A DNA stretch of 64,000 bases from a virus. Lineage: Duplodnaviria; Caudoviricetes. Shown piece by piece: positions 47,809 to 57,656 of this stretch. Below the pieces are notes generated by a model. It ran no database searches, was not told where the DNA came from, and was given only the letters and a program-made list of their open reading frames with translations. Within the stretch, counting starts at the first letter, position 1; each line of letters begins with the position of its first letter. The DNA is taken from the IMG/VR virus record IMGVR_UViG_3300037851_000141, positions 1 through 64,000 of that record; one strand, given 5' to 3'. The position numbers were made by a program, and so were the translations under genes.

Positions 47809-50271
47809 TTATCCAAGTACCAGGAGTCCTTTAGAAATATTACTTAAATCAAACAGAGTATCATCTGCTTGCTGGATACTGATGCCTCCCATTGTATTTA
47901 TCACATTTGGAGTTTCTTGTTCAATTTCGCTTTCATATTCATCAAATTTCTCAATCATAGAATTATATACAAATGAGATGCCATCTTTATTAATAGGAAT
48001 AACAACTTCTGGGTCTGGGCCTTCACCAATAACCGCTAATGTTGCTCCAAAAACAACCCCACCGTCAGCCATTCCAGGTGTACTATTATTTACCATAGTC
48101 TTTATTATTGATTGGTTATACATCGTTAGTAATGTGCTAGGAACTTTACCACCTTTATTTTCAATCTCGGTTATTATATTTTTTAGATATTCTTGTCGTT
48201 TTTTATTATCAAATGAACTATAATATCCAATCATATTTGATGTAAACGTTTGTCTTAAATAATTTATATCTGCCATATTTGAACCAACAGTTAGTGCTGT
48301 GTTAAATAAAGTTTTATTCAAATCAGATATGTTCTGTAAATAGTCAATATCAAAATTTTTCAAATCCATCTGAACATAGCCAAAAATCAAATTACTCAAT
48401 CTATTTGATTCCGATTTGTGATCTTTTAATATTTCATCTCTATTTTTATCAGACGTAACTAATAATTTTTTTATGTTTATTTTTGATATTCTGACCATAT
48501 CCTCTGTTATATTATCCGCTTTTAAATCATCCATAATCTTTTTTATATTAGTTATTTCATGATTAATTGCGGCTTGATCAACTTGTATATCTAATTTCAT
48601 TGTCTTTAATTTATCTGATCTTATGTCCAATATAGCATCTATAAAATCACCAGCATCACGTTTAATTTCACCTATAACATTATCGTCTTTAATTTTATCC
48701 TTTTTAGCTTGTATATATGAATCAGTAAATCTGTTTAAATCAATTCTAATGTTATCTTTATTATCTTTTGTTATTGTGTTATTATATTTTGCTTCTACAA
48801 TATCGAGTATTTCTATTTGTAAATTTCTATTAAAAAAATCTATTTCTTTATCGTTAAGTAATGATTGTGCTGATTTCATTGTTCTTTGACGTTCTCTTTC
48901 TACACCATAACCAGTACCGTATTTAAAAATGTTATAAAATATTTGTATAAAAGAAAAAGCATCTGATACAAAACTCTTAATCTTATCTATTGGTAATAAT
49001 TTTATAATATCATTCTTAATATATGAAATAAAATCTGTTATCTTAGGTAAAAATTCAACAATAACATCACGAATAGAACTATATGACACACCAATTATAT
49101 TAACAAACTCCTGAGTAAACCAATTATTTATTATAGGTGAACTTTTTATGATGTCAAATGTTGATTGTAATGATGCTTTGATGAAATCCCATTTTTCATT
49201 ACCCCAACCCATTACAGATGAAAATGTCTTGCCTGTGAAATCGAAAGCCTTCTTAATCGGTTCCATAAATAATTGAAATGCTGGTGATATAACATCATTC
49301 ATAAACTTATCAAAAATATTCTCTTTATCTTTATTAAACCAATACTTCAAAGCAAAAATACCAACACCAACAAGTATAGGATTAGAAATAATATCCAAAA
49401 ATATATCAAGTAAAAACGACCCAGCCTTTTTACCAATGTCTAAAATAGTTGTAAATACCCCAGCTACAACATTCCATCCAATCTGAGCCAACCCTTTAAA
49501 CGTCTTCCACATAAAATCAATGGCAAAAAATCCAACTTTGGCAACCCACTCAAATATCTTCCATCCAATTGTACCTAAGAACTTCAACCCACTAAATAAT
49601 ACACCACCAAATGAACCAAAAAACCACATAACTCGACCAAAGGTGTTGTCCATAAAATCAGAAACTTTATCACCTAAACTTGATAATAATCCTGATAATG
49701 ACTTATATACTTTTCCTTTATCAGCTAAAAAATGAATTATACTATTTACAACTTTACCATCTCCAGAAAACCATTTACCAAAAGATTTAATACTCTTAAC
49801 TGTAAAAGAAATCGTTATACACGCTAATTCCATCTTAGAAATAGCAACATCAAACACCGATTTATTCTTTTCTTCAGCCTTTTCTATTTTGTCAACAATT
49901 TCGGTTTCGGCTTTTTCAGCATTATCCTTTATAGACTCTCTTTGTTGCTTTAATCTTTTAGTTGTACGAGTATATAATGAGAATAATTTTTTAGAAACAT
50001 CTCCTGTCTTTTTTACAATAACCGCTAAATGTTCAACCAAATTAGTCGTCTTAATACTCGTATCTATTGTTTTAGTAGTTAATATTCGAAAAGCATTATT
50101 GACCTTATCTAAATTGTTCTTAAATGAATTATCAACATATGTTCTTAATTTACCTAAAGTCAACTCAATATCCGGTCCTAAAGTCTGATTAGAATCATTC
50201 AATCCAGGTATCGGAGTTGCCGTCCCTTTTATTAGTCGTTCATATGGTGATAAGGTTTCTTCGCCTGCCAT
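47809..50271 (-). CDS. Tape-measure-like protein A
   Basis: Helical amphipathic repeats; MADGGVV..TLAVIGEG..PEVVIPI motif typical of tape-measure proteins. Confidence 0.7.
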   Translation of the reverse strand: MAGEETLSPYERLIKGTATPIPGLNDSNQTLGPDIELTLGKLRTYVDNSFKNNLDKVNNAFRILTTKTIDTSIKTTNLVEHLAVIVKKTGDVSKKLFSLYTRTTKRLKQQRESIKDNAEKAETEIVDKIEKAEEKNKSVFDVAISKMELACITISFTVKSIKSFGKWFSGDGKVVNSIIHFLADKGKVYKSLSGLLSSLGDKVSDFMDNTFGRVMWFFGSFGGVLFSGLKFLGTIGWKIFEWVAKVGFFAIDFMWKTFKGLAQIGWNVVAGVFTTILDIGKKAGSFLLDIFLDIISNPILVGVGIFALKYWFNKDKENIFDKFMNDVISPAFQLFMEPIKKAFDFTGKTFSSVMGWGNEKWDFIKASLQSTFDIIKSSPIINNWFTQEFVNIIGVSYSSIRDVIVEFLPKITDFISYIKNDIIKLLPIDKIKSFVSDAFSFIQIFYNIFKYGTGYGVERERQRTMKSAQSLLNDKEIDFFNRNLQIEILDIVEAKYNNTITKDNKDNIRIDLNRFTDSYIQAKKDKIKDDNVIGEIKRDAGDFIDAILDIRSDKLKTMKLDIQVDQAAINHEITNIKKIMDDLKADNITEDMVRISKINIKKLLVTSDKNRDEILKDHKSESNRLSNLIFGYVQMDLKNFDIDYLQNISDLNKTLFNTALTVGSNMADINYLRQTFTSNMIGYYSSFDNKKRQEYLKNIITEIENKGGKVPSTLLTMYNQSIIKTMVNNSTPGMADGGVVFGATLAVIGEGPDPEVVIPINKDGISFVYNSMIEKFDEYESEIEQETPNVINTMGGISIQQADDTLFDLSNISKGLLVLG

Positions 50272-50273
50272 GG

Positions 50274-50522
50274 TTATTTACGACCAGTGAGAATCTTAAA
50301 GAGTTGTTCTATATGTACTCTGGCAAATTCAATCAAACTCTTTGTCATCTCTTGTTTCTGGGTCTGTTTCTCCGTATATATCTTCTTAAAGTTATATATA
50401 AAGAAAGGTAGCTCATCTGCTGACATATTTTCTACATCGGATAGCTGAATCCCACCTTCGGAGTAAACAACAAGTTCGATGGCATTGTTCATTAAGTTCG
50501 CATAATGAGTCGATGCCATCAC
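50274..50522 (-). CDS. Tail assembly chaperone (gp51-like)
   Basis: Short ORF after gp26: LSDVENMS.DEL.FFI. Confidence 0.6.
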   Translation of the reverse strand: MMASTHYANLMNNAIELVVYSEGGIQLSDVENMSADELPFFIYNFKKIYTEKQTQKQEMTKSLIEFARVHIEQLFKILTGRK

Positions 50523-51307
50523 ATTATAAAAAAACTTAGTAAATTAGCCTCTTCTTCTTCATTTTCATAATCATCAGTCTTGAAATGAAATAATACCTTA
50601 ATACCAAACGTTAATGACTTAAGATACGTATCAAATATCTCCAAATGCTTAGGTTGACATAAATCAGTAATCAATTGAATCTTATTTTCAAGTGTCAAAT
50701 CCGATACTTCCTCATATTCATTTTTATCGTTCTTCATCTCAATCTTATCAATAATAGCACCATAAGCAGCAAATCTACGGTCAGTTAATGTATCCTTCTT
50801 CTTGGTAAACTTTTCAATCTCTTTCTCCATTTTTCTCGTTATAGGCGATAAAATAAATCTAATTGATGGGGTGATGTCCCGAATAGCTTTTATGTCTGTA
50901 CCATCAAAAAACTCAAGTTTCATACACTTCTCTAAGTCAATCTCAATACCATTTACAATATCACCAGTTTTAGGATTTACATGACTAATTTTGGCAACAT
51001 TACCGTTAGTCAATTGATGTATCTTTAATAACAAATAAATGCGATCCTGAGTAAAAAGAACATCATTATTAAACGGTTTATCGTCTAATTTTACAACACA
51101 ATGGTCTAAAATCGCATCAAATGCTTGGTTAATAAGATATTCATCGCGCTTTTCCATCGCTTTAAGAACTTCTCTCTGCTCTTTAACTGTCATTGGTCGA
51201 ATTGTGGCTTTTATATTCTTAGATGATAATAATGGCACAGCAGCCTGAGGAATACTTGATAAGGTTTCTTTTACAAACTCTGTTCTTAAATCTTTGATGG
51301 ATGGCAT
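50519..51307 (-). CDS. gp26: Baseplate hub assembly chaperone (T4 gp26-like)
   Basis: IRPMTVKEQ..L..DRIYLLLKI..T.G. Start placed at 51307 (AAAGGAG RBS) rather than 51340. Confidence 0.8.
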   Translation of the reverse strand: MPSIKDLRTEFVKETLSSIPQAAVPLLSSKNIKATIRPMTVKEQREVLKAMEKRDEYLINQAFDAILDHCVVKLDDKPFNNDVLFTQDRIYLLLKIHQLTNGNVAKISHVNPKTGDIVNGIEIDLEKCMKLEFFDGTDIKAIRDITPSIRFILSPITRKMEKEIEKFTKKKDTLTDRRFAAYGAIIDKIEMKNDKNEYEEVSDLTLENKIQLITDLCQPKHLEIFDTYLKSLTFGIKVLFHFKTDDYENEEEEANLLSFFIM

Positions 51308-51321
51308 GGGAACTCCTTTAT

Positions 51322-51359
51322 AAACAAAAATCCCCGACATAGTATATTATATCGGGGAT
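51322..51359 (-). terminator. Putative intrinsic terminator after the tail tube gene
   Basis: 8-bp stem atccccga/tcggggat followed by TTTTGTTT on the minus strand. Confidence 0.5.
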
Positions 51360-51383
51360 CTAACAAATCTAATAACTATTTTA

Positions 51384-52019
51384 TCATTGAGGATTGAAAG
51401 GTGTCGTCCAATTACCGGCTGGAGGAGGAGCGCCACGTTCGATTCTTGGAGAACGATCAGCACGAACAAATGGATTAACGCCAATCTGATCATCGCCAAA
51501 TTGATTGATGATTACATAATAGTCATAACGGAAGGTTACATCAAAGGTTTCTACACCTGAAGTTTGATCTTGTCCAACTGAAATTGGACCAACTGTCTTT
51601 GGGAATGCTCCGACAAATCCATAAACCGCAACTTTTTGTCCTTGACGAGCCATCTGAGCTACACCAAGTTGATCTGATTTATAACTATCAGAATGTCCGA
51701 GAAGCATTGTTCCAGCATCATAAACAAGAGATTGCCAACGAAGCATGATACGACGTAATTCATGGGCTTCATCACATAAGAAGTTTACAGTCCAAGGTCC
51801 ATATGTAGGAGGCGTGCCAAGATTGATCTGCATGCCTTGAAAGTGAACGCCAACCTCGCCAAGATCGTATCCCGGTAATTCTGTTGACCTAGCCATACAA
51901 GTCATTACTTTATCGGTGCCTATTTCTGGAATATGTACCAAGAATAAGTATGGGCGGGCTGGATCACCGACTATCTTTCTGAAATCATGAAGGTTGAATG
52001 GTTCGTCTGCTATGGGCAT
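51384..52019 (-). CDS. gp19: Tail tube protein
   Basis: ARPYLF..CMARSTELPG..WTVNF..DE..R..W..YGFVGAFPK.VG.I..FDVTFRYDY. Confidence 0.93.
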   Translation of the reverse strand: MPIADEPFNLHDFRKIVGDPARPYLFLVHIPEIGTDKVMTCMARSTELPGYDLGEVGVHFQGMQINLGTPPTYGPWTVNFLCDEAHELRRIMLRWQSLVYDAGTMLLGHSDSYKSDQLGVAQMARQGQKVAVYGFVGAFPKTVGPISVGQDQTSGVETFDVTFRYDYYVIINQFGDDQIGVNPFVRADRSPRIERGAPPPAGNWTTPFNPQ

Positions 52020-52055
52020 TTTGTTTCTCCTATATTAATATATATCATCTGTTTG

Positions 52056-52063
52056 TATTTATA
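52056..52063 (-). promoter_or_regulatory. T4-type late promoter TATAAATA
   Basis: Exact consensus 36 nt upstream of the tube ATG. Confidence 0.75.
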
Positions 52064-52095
52064 TCAAAAAAATTTTTATTTTATTAATTTCTATA

Positions 52096-52103
52096 TATAA
52101 ATA
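52096..52103 (+). promoter_or_regulatory. T4-type late promoter TATAAATA upstream of the free-standing endonuclease
   Basis: Exact consensus 32 nt upstream of the ATG at 52136; GGGAG RBS. Confidence 0.7.
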
Positions 52104-52135
52104 CTGCTGTAAACATCGTATGGGAGATACCGTTC

Positions 52136-53350
52136 ATGTGGAAAAAACTAACTAACAAAGAAATCGATAAAAGACTCGAAGGTAGACCAATTTTAAGAAT
52201 AGATGATTATGATAATATGCCACCTAAAACAAAAAAAATTAGATTCCAATGTCTAAAAAATAAAGAACATATTTTTTGTTCTTTAATTGATGGAGTAATT
52301 AACAGGAAATGGGGATGTCCTCTATGTTTAGGTGTAAGAAAATGGACAAACGAATTAATTGATGAAGAAATATTAAAAAAAGGATATCAAATTAAGAGAA
52401 TATCCGATGTTGGAAAAAATGGACATGAAAAAATTAAATTCCAGTGTCTAAAAAATAAAGAACATATATTTGATAACACACCAATAAACGCATTATCCGG
52501 TCAATGTGCCGGTATTTGTAGAATTTGTTCTGAGCGCGAAAAATTTTCTAACATTATGATAAGAGAGAAGCTTGAACAAAACAATAACACAATTGAATTA
52601 TTAGATAATATAGATTATAATAAAATTAAAACATTTCGTTGTAAAAAATGTGATTATTCTTGGAGTGTAAAAAATTTTAAGATGATCATATATGGAAAAA
52701 CTGGATGCCCAAAATGCGCTAAACATATAAAGTTGACTAACGAGGAAATTGATGTTCGTTTATTGAATAGAAATTCTCCAACTAAAAGACTTGGTGATTA
52801 TATTAGTGGACATAATGAAATGTTATGGAAATGTGAAATTTGTCAACATGAGTGGCATCAAAAACCTGGAAAAATTTTATATTATGAACAAGATTGTCCG
52901 ATATGTTTTCGACAACAATCATCATATATAGAATTATATGTTGGTCAGTGTTTATATAAAAATTTCGAAATATTTAAACCTCATTTTAGAATAAAGAATA
53001 TTGAGATATTTGATGATAATCATATATTAATAAGACAATCAGTTGAAATTGATTTTAGAATAATATACAATAATATTATTTATTTCATAGAGTATAATGG
53101 AAGACAGCACTATGAACCTGTTCCATACAGATTTTTAACAAAGGAACAGGCTATTCGAAACTTAAAAGAACAACAAATAAGAGATAGTTGGGTTAAAAAT
53201 TATTGTAAAACAAATAATATAAAACTAATAGTAATTGATGGTCGGACATTTAATAATAAACCATCTGTTAGAACTATAATAGATTATATTTCTTATCAAA
53301 TAAAATCACCCAAATATTACTATTCGGGTGATTATTTTTTATATTGCTAA
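52136..53350 (+). CDS. Free-standing putative homing endonuclease (four Zn-binding repeats plus a Vsr/PD-(D/E)xK-like domain)
   Basis: Four ~60-aa units (K.TN.EI..R..FQC..H/W..GCP.C); C-terminal IDF..IEYNGRQHY..RD..K..YC..NNIKLI.I. Confidence 0.8.
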   Translation: MWKKLTNKEIDKRLEGRPILRIDDYDNMPPKTKKIRFQCLKNKEHIFCSLIDGVINRKWGCPLCLGVRKWTNELIDEEILKKGYQIKRISDVGKNGHEKIKFQCLKNKEHIFDNTPINALSGQCAGICRICSEREKFSNIMIREKLEQNNNTIELLDNIDYNKIKTFRCKKCDYSWSVKNFKMIIYGKTGCPKCAKHIKLTNEEIDVRLLNRNSPTKRLGDYISGHNEMLWKCEICQHEWHQKPGKILYYEQDCPICFRQQSSYIELYVGQCLYKNFEIFKPHFRIKNIEIFDDNHILIRQSVEIDFRIIYNNIIYFIEYNGRQHYEPVPYRFLTKEQAIRNLKEQQIRDSWVKNYCKTNNIKLIVIDGRTFNNKPSVRTIIDYISYQIKSPKYYYSGDYFLYC

Positions 53351-53356
53351 ATTATT

Positions 53357-55351
53357 TTATACTTTCTCAGTAACTTCACTAAACTCAACCCCTTGCGCGA
53401 CGGCAGTAAATGTAAGTTTAAGAAATTCTGAAACTCTTGTTGGCTTGACAAGGATTTCAGCGCGGAACTCATTGGCGTTGATTACTGCTGAAGTGTTGTT
53501 AGATTCGTCGCAAACTGTGAGGTAATCATACACACCACGTTTAGCTTTAACACTTGCTAAGAATGGATTTACGATACCACGGAAGCGAGACCGGCCGAAG
53601 TCATCATTAAGTTCAAACACGAAGTAGCGAGCCATCTTCTTAATGCTCTTTTCAAGGTATAAGAAGAGACGACGAACATTAATACGATCAAACGCACTTG
53701 CGGTAGATTGTAATGTCTTTTGACCCCAGATTACGATACCTTCACCGACAAAGTTTACAACAGGGTTGATTCTATTGTAGTAAAGAATATCACGTTGAGC
53801 CTTATTTGGGTTGACAGCTACATCGATAACATTGCTAATGATACCACGGTTTAGGCCAGCAGGAGCATACCATTGGGCATCATTGAAATCAGTATATGCC
53901 ATTACAGCAGCAGCAAATCCAGAGACAGGAACCCAACGTTCTTTTTCAGCAAAGCGATCAAAAATCTTGAAGTAGTTGCCGTAAATCGCAGAGTATGAAC
54001 TATTGATCTTAAGTGTATTGGCAACGTAGTTCTTCATAGTTGTATAAACGTTGGCAATAGCTTTATATGTGGTTGTATTCTGGATTTGATCTTGACGAAC
54101 GTTGAGGATAGCCATACAATCTTTACGTATTTCACGGCAGATTTGGTCAAGATAACGCTTAATTTCATCAACATAGTCTGGGTCAAGGAGTAAATCAACT
54201 TCCAGTTCTTCTGGGTTGGTGAAGTTCTCTTGCCAAGCAGTCATAATTTCGCCAGTAAGATCACCAAGACCAGTTCCAACTGTATCACCAGTCAACTTAT
54301 CATACCCACTAGCAACGTCATAATCAGTAAAGCCAAGGAATGTACGACGAGTTGTTAGTAATTGAGCAGTTGCGGCATTTGTTTCACTGTTTGATATGTA
54401 GAAATAGATATATTCAGACTTACCATTTACAAGAGTTGGACCAAACATGATATTGCCTTGTTCGTCCTTCTTGTCTTTATTTGTTGAGAATACATAAGTT
54501 TCAATTGGAGTGTTGAACTCATTGAATACGATTAGAACACCTTCATCGTCTTCATCTGGACCATACTCAAATCCAGTAATAGTTGAAAGCATATCATAAT
54601 CGATAGTCCAATCTTCACCAACAACAGTAGGAGGAACTAATAGATCATACTTAGCTAATGAGTTTGACAGATATTCAACTTCTGGAGTGGCTGATGTTGC
54701 TGGAGTACCATTATAGTATTTTTCAGCAATTGTATTTTGTTCAGTAGTTGTTAATGCTTCAGCAAGTTCATCACGAAGATTTACGGTCTGAACAAAGTCA
54801 TTATAATTGACTGTCATTACAGACACTTGTTGATAGAATGTTCCAGGACCAACCGCATAGAAGTGATATGATTCATTAGCAAGTAAATTATTTCCAACAT
54901 AATCTAATGAGTTGGGATCTGAAGCAGGAAGGTTGGGATCTTTAGAATAATCTATTTTAGCTTCATGTTCTTTTATGACTGAATAAGACAGAGGAAATTG
55001 ATCAGCTTTCTTACTGGTATTTTCTAATATTACAACGTTACCAGCAGATGAAGCAGATGTACCTACAGTTAATCCAGGAACAGCTTTAGTGCTATCTTCA
55101 ATACGGACAGCCCAAAGTTGATTAGATTGTTTTAAGAAGGCTTCAGCAGTAAACCAATGTGTATAGTTCGTATCATTTGGACGACCCATTTTTTGTTCAA
55201 GATCAGTAGGATTTGTCAATAAAACTTTCTTATTCAAAGCACCTTTAGTACTGTGAATAACTATAGCACCAACAGAACTTGTAACTGCTGGTATTGTTTG
55301 ACTTACATCGCGCTCTCTTATACTTACGTCTGGAGATAGATTTTGAGCCAT
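53357..55351 (-). CDS. gp18: Tail sheath protein
   Basis: LSPDVSIRERDVS, KG, WFTAEAFL, WYAPAGLNRG, NRINPV, WGQKTL..FDRINVRRLF. Start at 55351 (AAGGAG RBS). Confidence 0.96.
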   Translation of the reverse strand: MAQNLSPDVSIRERDVSQTIPAVTSSVGAIVIHSTKGALNKKVLLTNPTDLEQKMGRPNDTNYTHWFTAEAFLKQSNQLWAVRIEDSTKAVPGLTVGTSASSAGNVVILENTSKKADQFPLSYSVIKEHEAKIDYSKDPNLPASDPNSLDYVGNNLLANESYHFYAVGPGTFYQQVSVMTVNYNDFVQTVNLRDELAEALTTTEQNTIAEKYYNGTPATSATPEVEYLSNSLAKYDLLVPPTVVGEDWTIDYDMLSTITGFEYGPDEDDEGVLIVFNEFNTPIETYVFSTNKDKKDEQGNIMFGPTLVNGKSEYIYFYISNSETNAATAQLLTTRRTFLGFTDYDVASGYDKLTGDTVGTGLGDLTGEIMTAWQENFTNPEELEVDLLLDPDYVDEIKRYLDQICREIRKDCMAILNVRQDQIQNTTTYKAIANVYTTMKNYVANTLKINSSYSAIYGNYFKIFDRFAEKERWVPVSGFAAAVMAYTDFNDAQWYAPAGLNRGIISNVIDVAVNPNKAQRDILYYNRINPVVNFVGEGIVIWGQKTLQSTASAFDRINVRRLFLYLEKSIKKMARYFVFELNDDFGRSRFRGIVNPFLASVKAKRGVYDYLTVCDESNNTSAVINANEFRAEILVKPTRVSEFLKLTFTAVAQGVEFSEVTEKV

Positions 55352-55390
55352 GCCGTACTCCTTTGTCGAGTCATAATAATCTTCAATCAT

Positions 55391-55398
55391 TATTTATA
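55391..55398 (-). promoter_or_regulatory. T4-type late promoter TATAAATA
   Basis: Exact consensus 39 nt upstream of the sheath ATG at 55351. Confidence 0.75.
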
Positions 55399-55436
55399 TC
55401 GGATAACGTAATAATTCGGGAACTAAATATAACGCT

Positions 55437-57656
55437 TTATTTCGGGTTTCTTAAATTTCTGGCCCGACGCATCTCTGAATTAAATAACCAGTTGTCGGGA
55501 TCATTTTCAGCCTCAACATCAGCTATCATTATTTCAAGAGCATCCTGTAATAATTGGTCCTCTTCGGTCATCATATCTTCAACCGTTACTTCCTCTGGTG
55601 CCATATCATGTTGTCGTACCCATTCCTCTAAATTACTCTTCTTCGTATCTTTATTCACAGCATCATACTTCTCGCCATCAAAGAACTGAGAATGTAAGAA
55701 ATAAGCAAACCAAATACAAGACATTACACAATCATCAGTTAAATTGCGACCAGCCTTAGCCTTAAATACATTCTCCCGTATCTCCTCAAAATAACCAATC
55801 TCATCAATAGTCTGCTTATCATATAATATAATCCGACCACCCTCCAAATCATCCTTAAACCATTGGGCTGCCTTGGGCTTAGTCGCCTTAGTAGCTAATA
55901 CACCATATTCCTTCCGGTCTATATCATAAAATAAGTTCTCGTAAGCATACTCGTCAAATAAACTCTTAACAACATCATCACCATAACCACCAGGATTAAC
56001 TTCAACTATTACATATGCCTTATTCCAATAATTAGCCGACTTGAAAATATAATCAGCCATCTTAGTCGGAGGTAAAGTATTACAACGCCATATAGCAACC
56101 TGTTCCGCAGCAATACCTTTATGAACATGTGTAATATCAAATACGTTCATAATAGTATAATCAGAACCAATACCACCACCAATATCACATGAAATAGCAT
56201 ACTTGTGTCCAGGTTCAGATTGCTTCCACATATTCGTAAACTCGTCTGGCGTCATAATTGGATCAACTTTTTTCAATTTCTCAATAATAAATGTCGGATC
56301 AATAAGTGTAATCGTTGAACCTTGGAATTGACAGTTGTGTGTTAATATGCCATTACAATAAAAGTTATGGGTTTCATTATTTACTTCAAGAACGTCATAT
56401 ACAAAGTCAGTATCAACTACATTAACTGATTTTACAACTTTGGAACCACTTGATGTTAATAAAATGGTCTGGTTTACAATAATATCTTTACATTTTATAA
56501 CTTCAGATTCATTTATAAAAAACTCATGATCTGGAGTACATTTTATTTTTTGATTATTTTCTAACTCTATTTCTAAACAAGTTTCTGGTAATAAAGACTT
56601 TTTGATTCCTAAAAGTGATACCCACCCATCTTTTGTTTTTATTTTAGCAGATTCCCAAAGTGGAGTTAATATATGTAATTCGGCTAATGTAATCTTTTTT
56701 ATCTGATTTTGATGATAAAGTTCAACAATAGAATCTCCAGTTAAACAGTTAAACTCCTGATTAAACCGCATATCACCAATCATCATTCGCATTTCACGTT
56801 CCCATTTTTCATCACGACCAGGAACTTCTCGCCAATTTACCATGAACGGCTTGAATGGGAAACTGGCATTACCATCATTCGCATCTTTCCAAAGTTGATA
56901 GAAAAGATTACCAGTACCATTTGGGGTCGATACAATAATACATCTGCCACCTTCTGCGAGTGTAGGCATGTTACTTGCGAAGAATGCGTCTGCTAACTGT
57001 ACAGGGACGAACGCGAATTCATCTAAAAACAAGCATGATACAGACTCGCCACGTAGCGCATCTTTAGAAGTAGCACGGGCAATTATTTTACATCCATTAT
57101 CAAATTCTATTGAGTGTGCGTTATATTCTTTTACTCCAGGTTTAAGCCATTCTGGTAATTTTTCATAAGCGAATTTTATTTCTTCAAGAATACTTTTAGC
57201 TGTAGACGCTTTGTTAGCAAGAATCGCAATAGTTTTATCTTTCTGGAAACAAGAATACCATAACAAATATATAGCAGAACAAGTTGTATTATGCGAAACA
57301 ATGTTATTAGCAAAATATTCATGTTCATCAGACTCAAGTTCAACATCATACATGTTTTCGCTTGGTATATCTAATTTCTCAAGTTTTGTACATTTATGGA
57401 ATCCAGTATCAGTTTCTATCATTTGACCTACTTGAACATCTTTTACATATATTTCGGTATGATTATCGGTATACACTATATGAGTATCAGCACATTTTAG
57501 ATTATCACCGTTCTCAAGTTCTAAATACCAAACATCATACGGCACAGTCTCCATTATCTTATTTATTGAGGTCCACCCTTGAGGAGTTTTTATCTCATAG
57601 TCAGATACGTCCAATACTGATGTGAATTTTTTATATGGTTGGAATTCTTGATTCAT
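55437..57656 (-). CDS. terL: Terminase large subunit, C-terminal fragment (IntC, ATPase remainder, mini-intein, nuclease)
   Basis: ILANK..TA, RGESVSCLFLDEFAF (Walker B), IVSTPNG, CDIGGG.GSDY, DDCVM (gp17 motifs). Confidence 0.93.
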   Translation of the reverse strand: MNQEFQPYKKFTSVLDVSDYEIKTPQGWTSINKIMETVPYDVWYLELENGDNLKCADTHIVYTDNHTEIYVKDVQVGQMIETDTGFHKCTKLEKLDIPSENMYDVELESDEHEYFANNIVSHNTTCSAIYLLWYSCFQKDKTIAILANKASTAKSILEEIKFAYEKLPEWLKPGVKEYNAHSIEFDNGCKIIARATSKDALRGESVSCLFLDEFAFVPVQLADAFFASNMPTLAEGGRCIIVSTPNGTGNLFYQLWKDANDGNASFPFKPFMVNWREVPGRDEKWEREMRMMIGDMRFNQEFNCLTGDSIVELYHQNQIKKITLAELHILTPLWESAKIKTKDGWVSLLGIKKSLLPETCLEIELENNQKIKCTPDHEFFINESEVIKCKDIIVNQTILLTSSGSKVVKSVNVVDTDFVYDVLEVNNETHNFYCNGILTHNCQFQGSTITLIDPTFIIEKLKKVDPIMTPDEFTNMWKQSEPGHKYAISCDIGGGIGSDYTIMNVFDITHVHKGIAAEQVAIWRCNTLPPTKMADYIFKSANYWNKAYVIVEVNPGGYGDDVVKSLFDEYAYENLFYDIDRKEYGVLATKATKPKAAQWFKDDLEGGRIILYDKQTIDEIGYFEEIRENVFKAKAGRNLTDDCVMSCIWFAYFLHSQFFDGEKYDAVNKDTKKSNLEEWVRQHDMAPEEVTVEDMMTEEDQLLQDALEIMIADVEAENDPDNWLFNSEMRRARNLRNPK
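56334..56747 (-). other. Contiguous mini-intein (138 aa) in TerL
   Basis: QEFN|CLTGDS..KCTPDH..VYDV..FYCNGILTHN|CQF; blocks A, B, F and G are present with no endonuclease domain. Confidence 0.92.
57288..57656 (-). other. Split-intein C-part (IntC, 123 aa)
   Basis: IKTPQGW..LKCADTH..V.VG..MYDV..YFANNIVSHN|T; no block A Cys1. Confidence 0.9.

Noticed and set aside
52106-52135. Hairpin around the endonuclease RBS, like T4 translational-repression hairpins
   Set aside because: Only a 4-bp core stem (gtat/atac) with the RBS in the loop; too weak to call.
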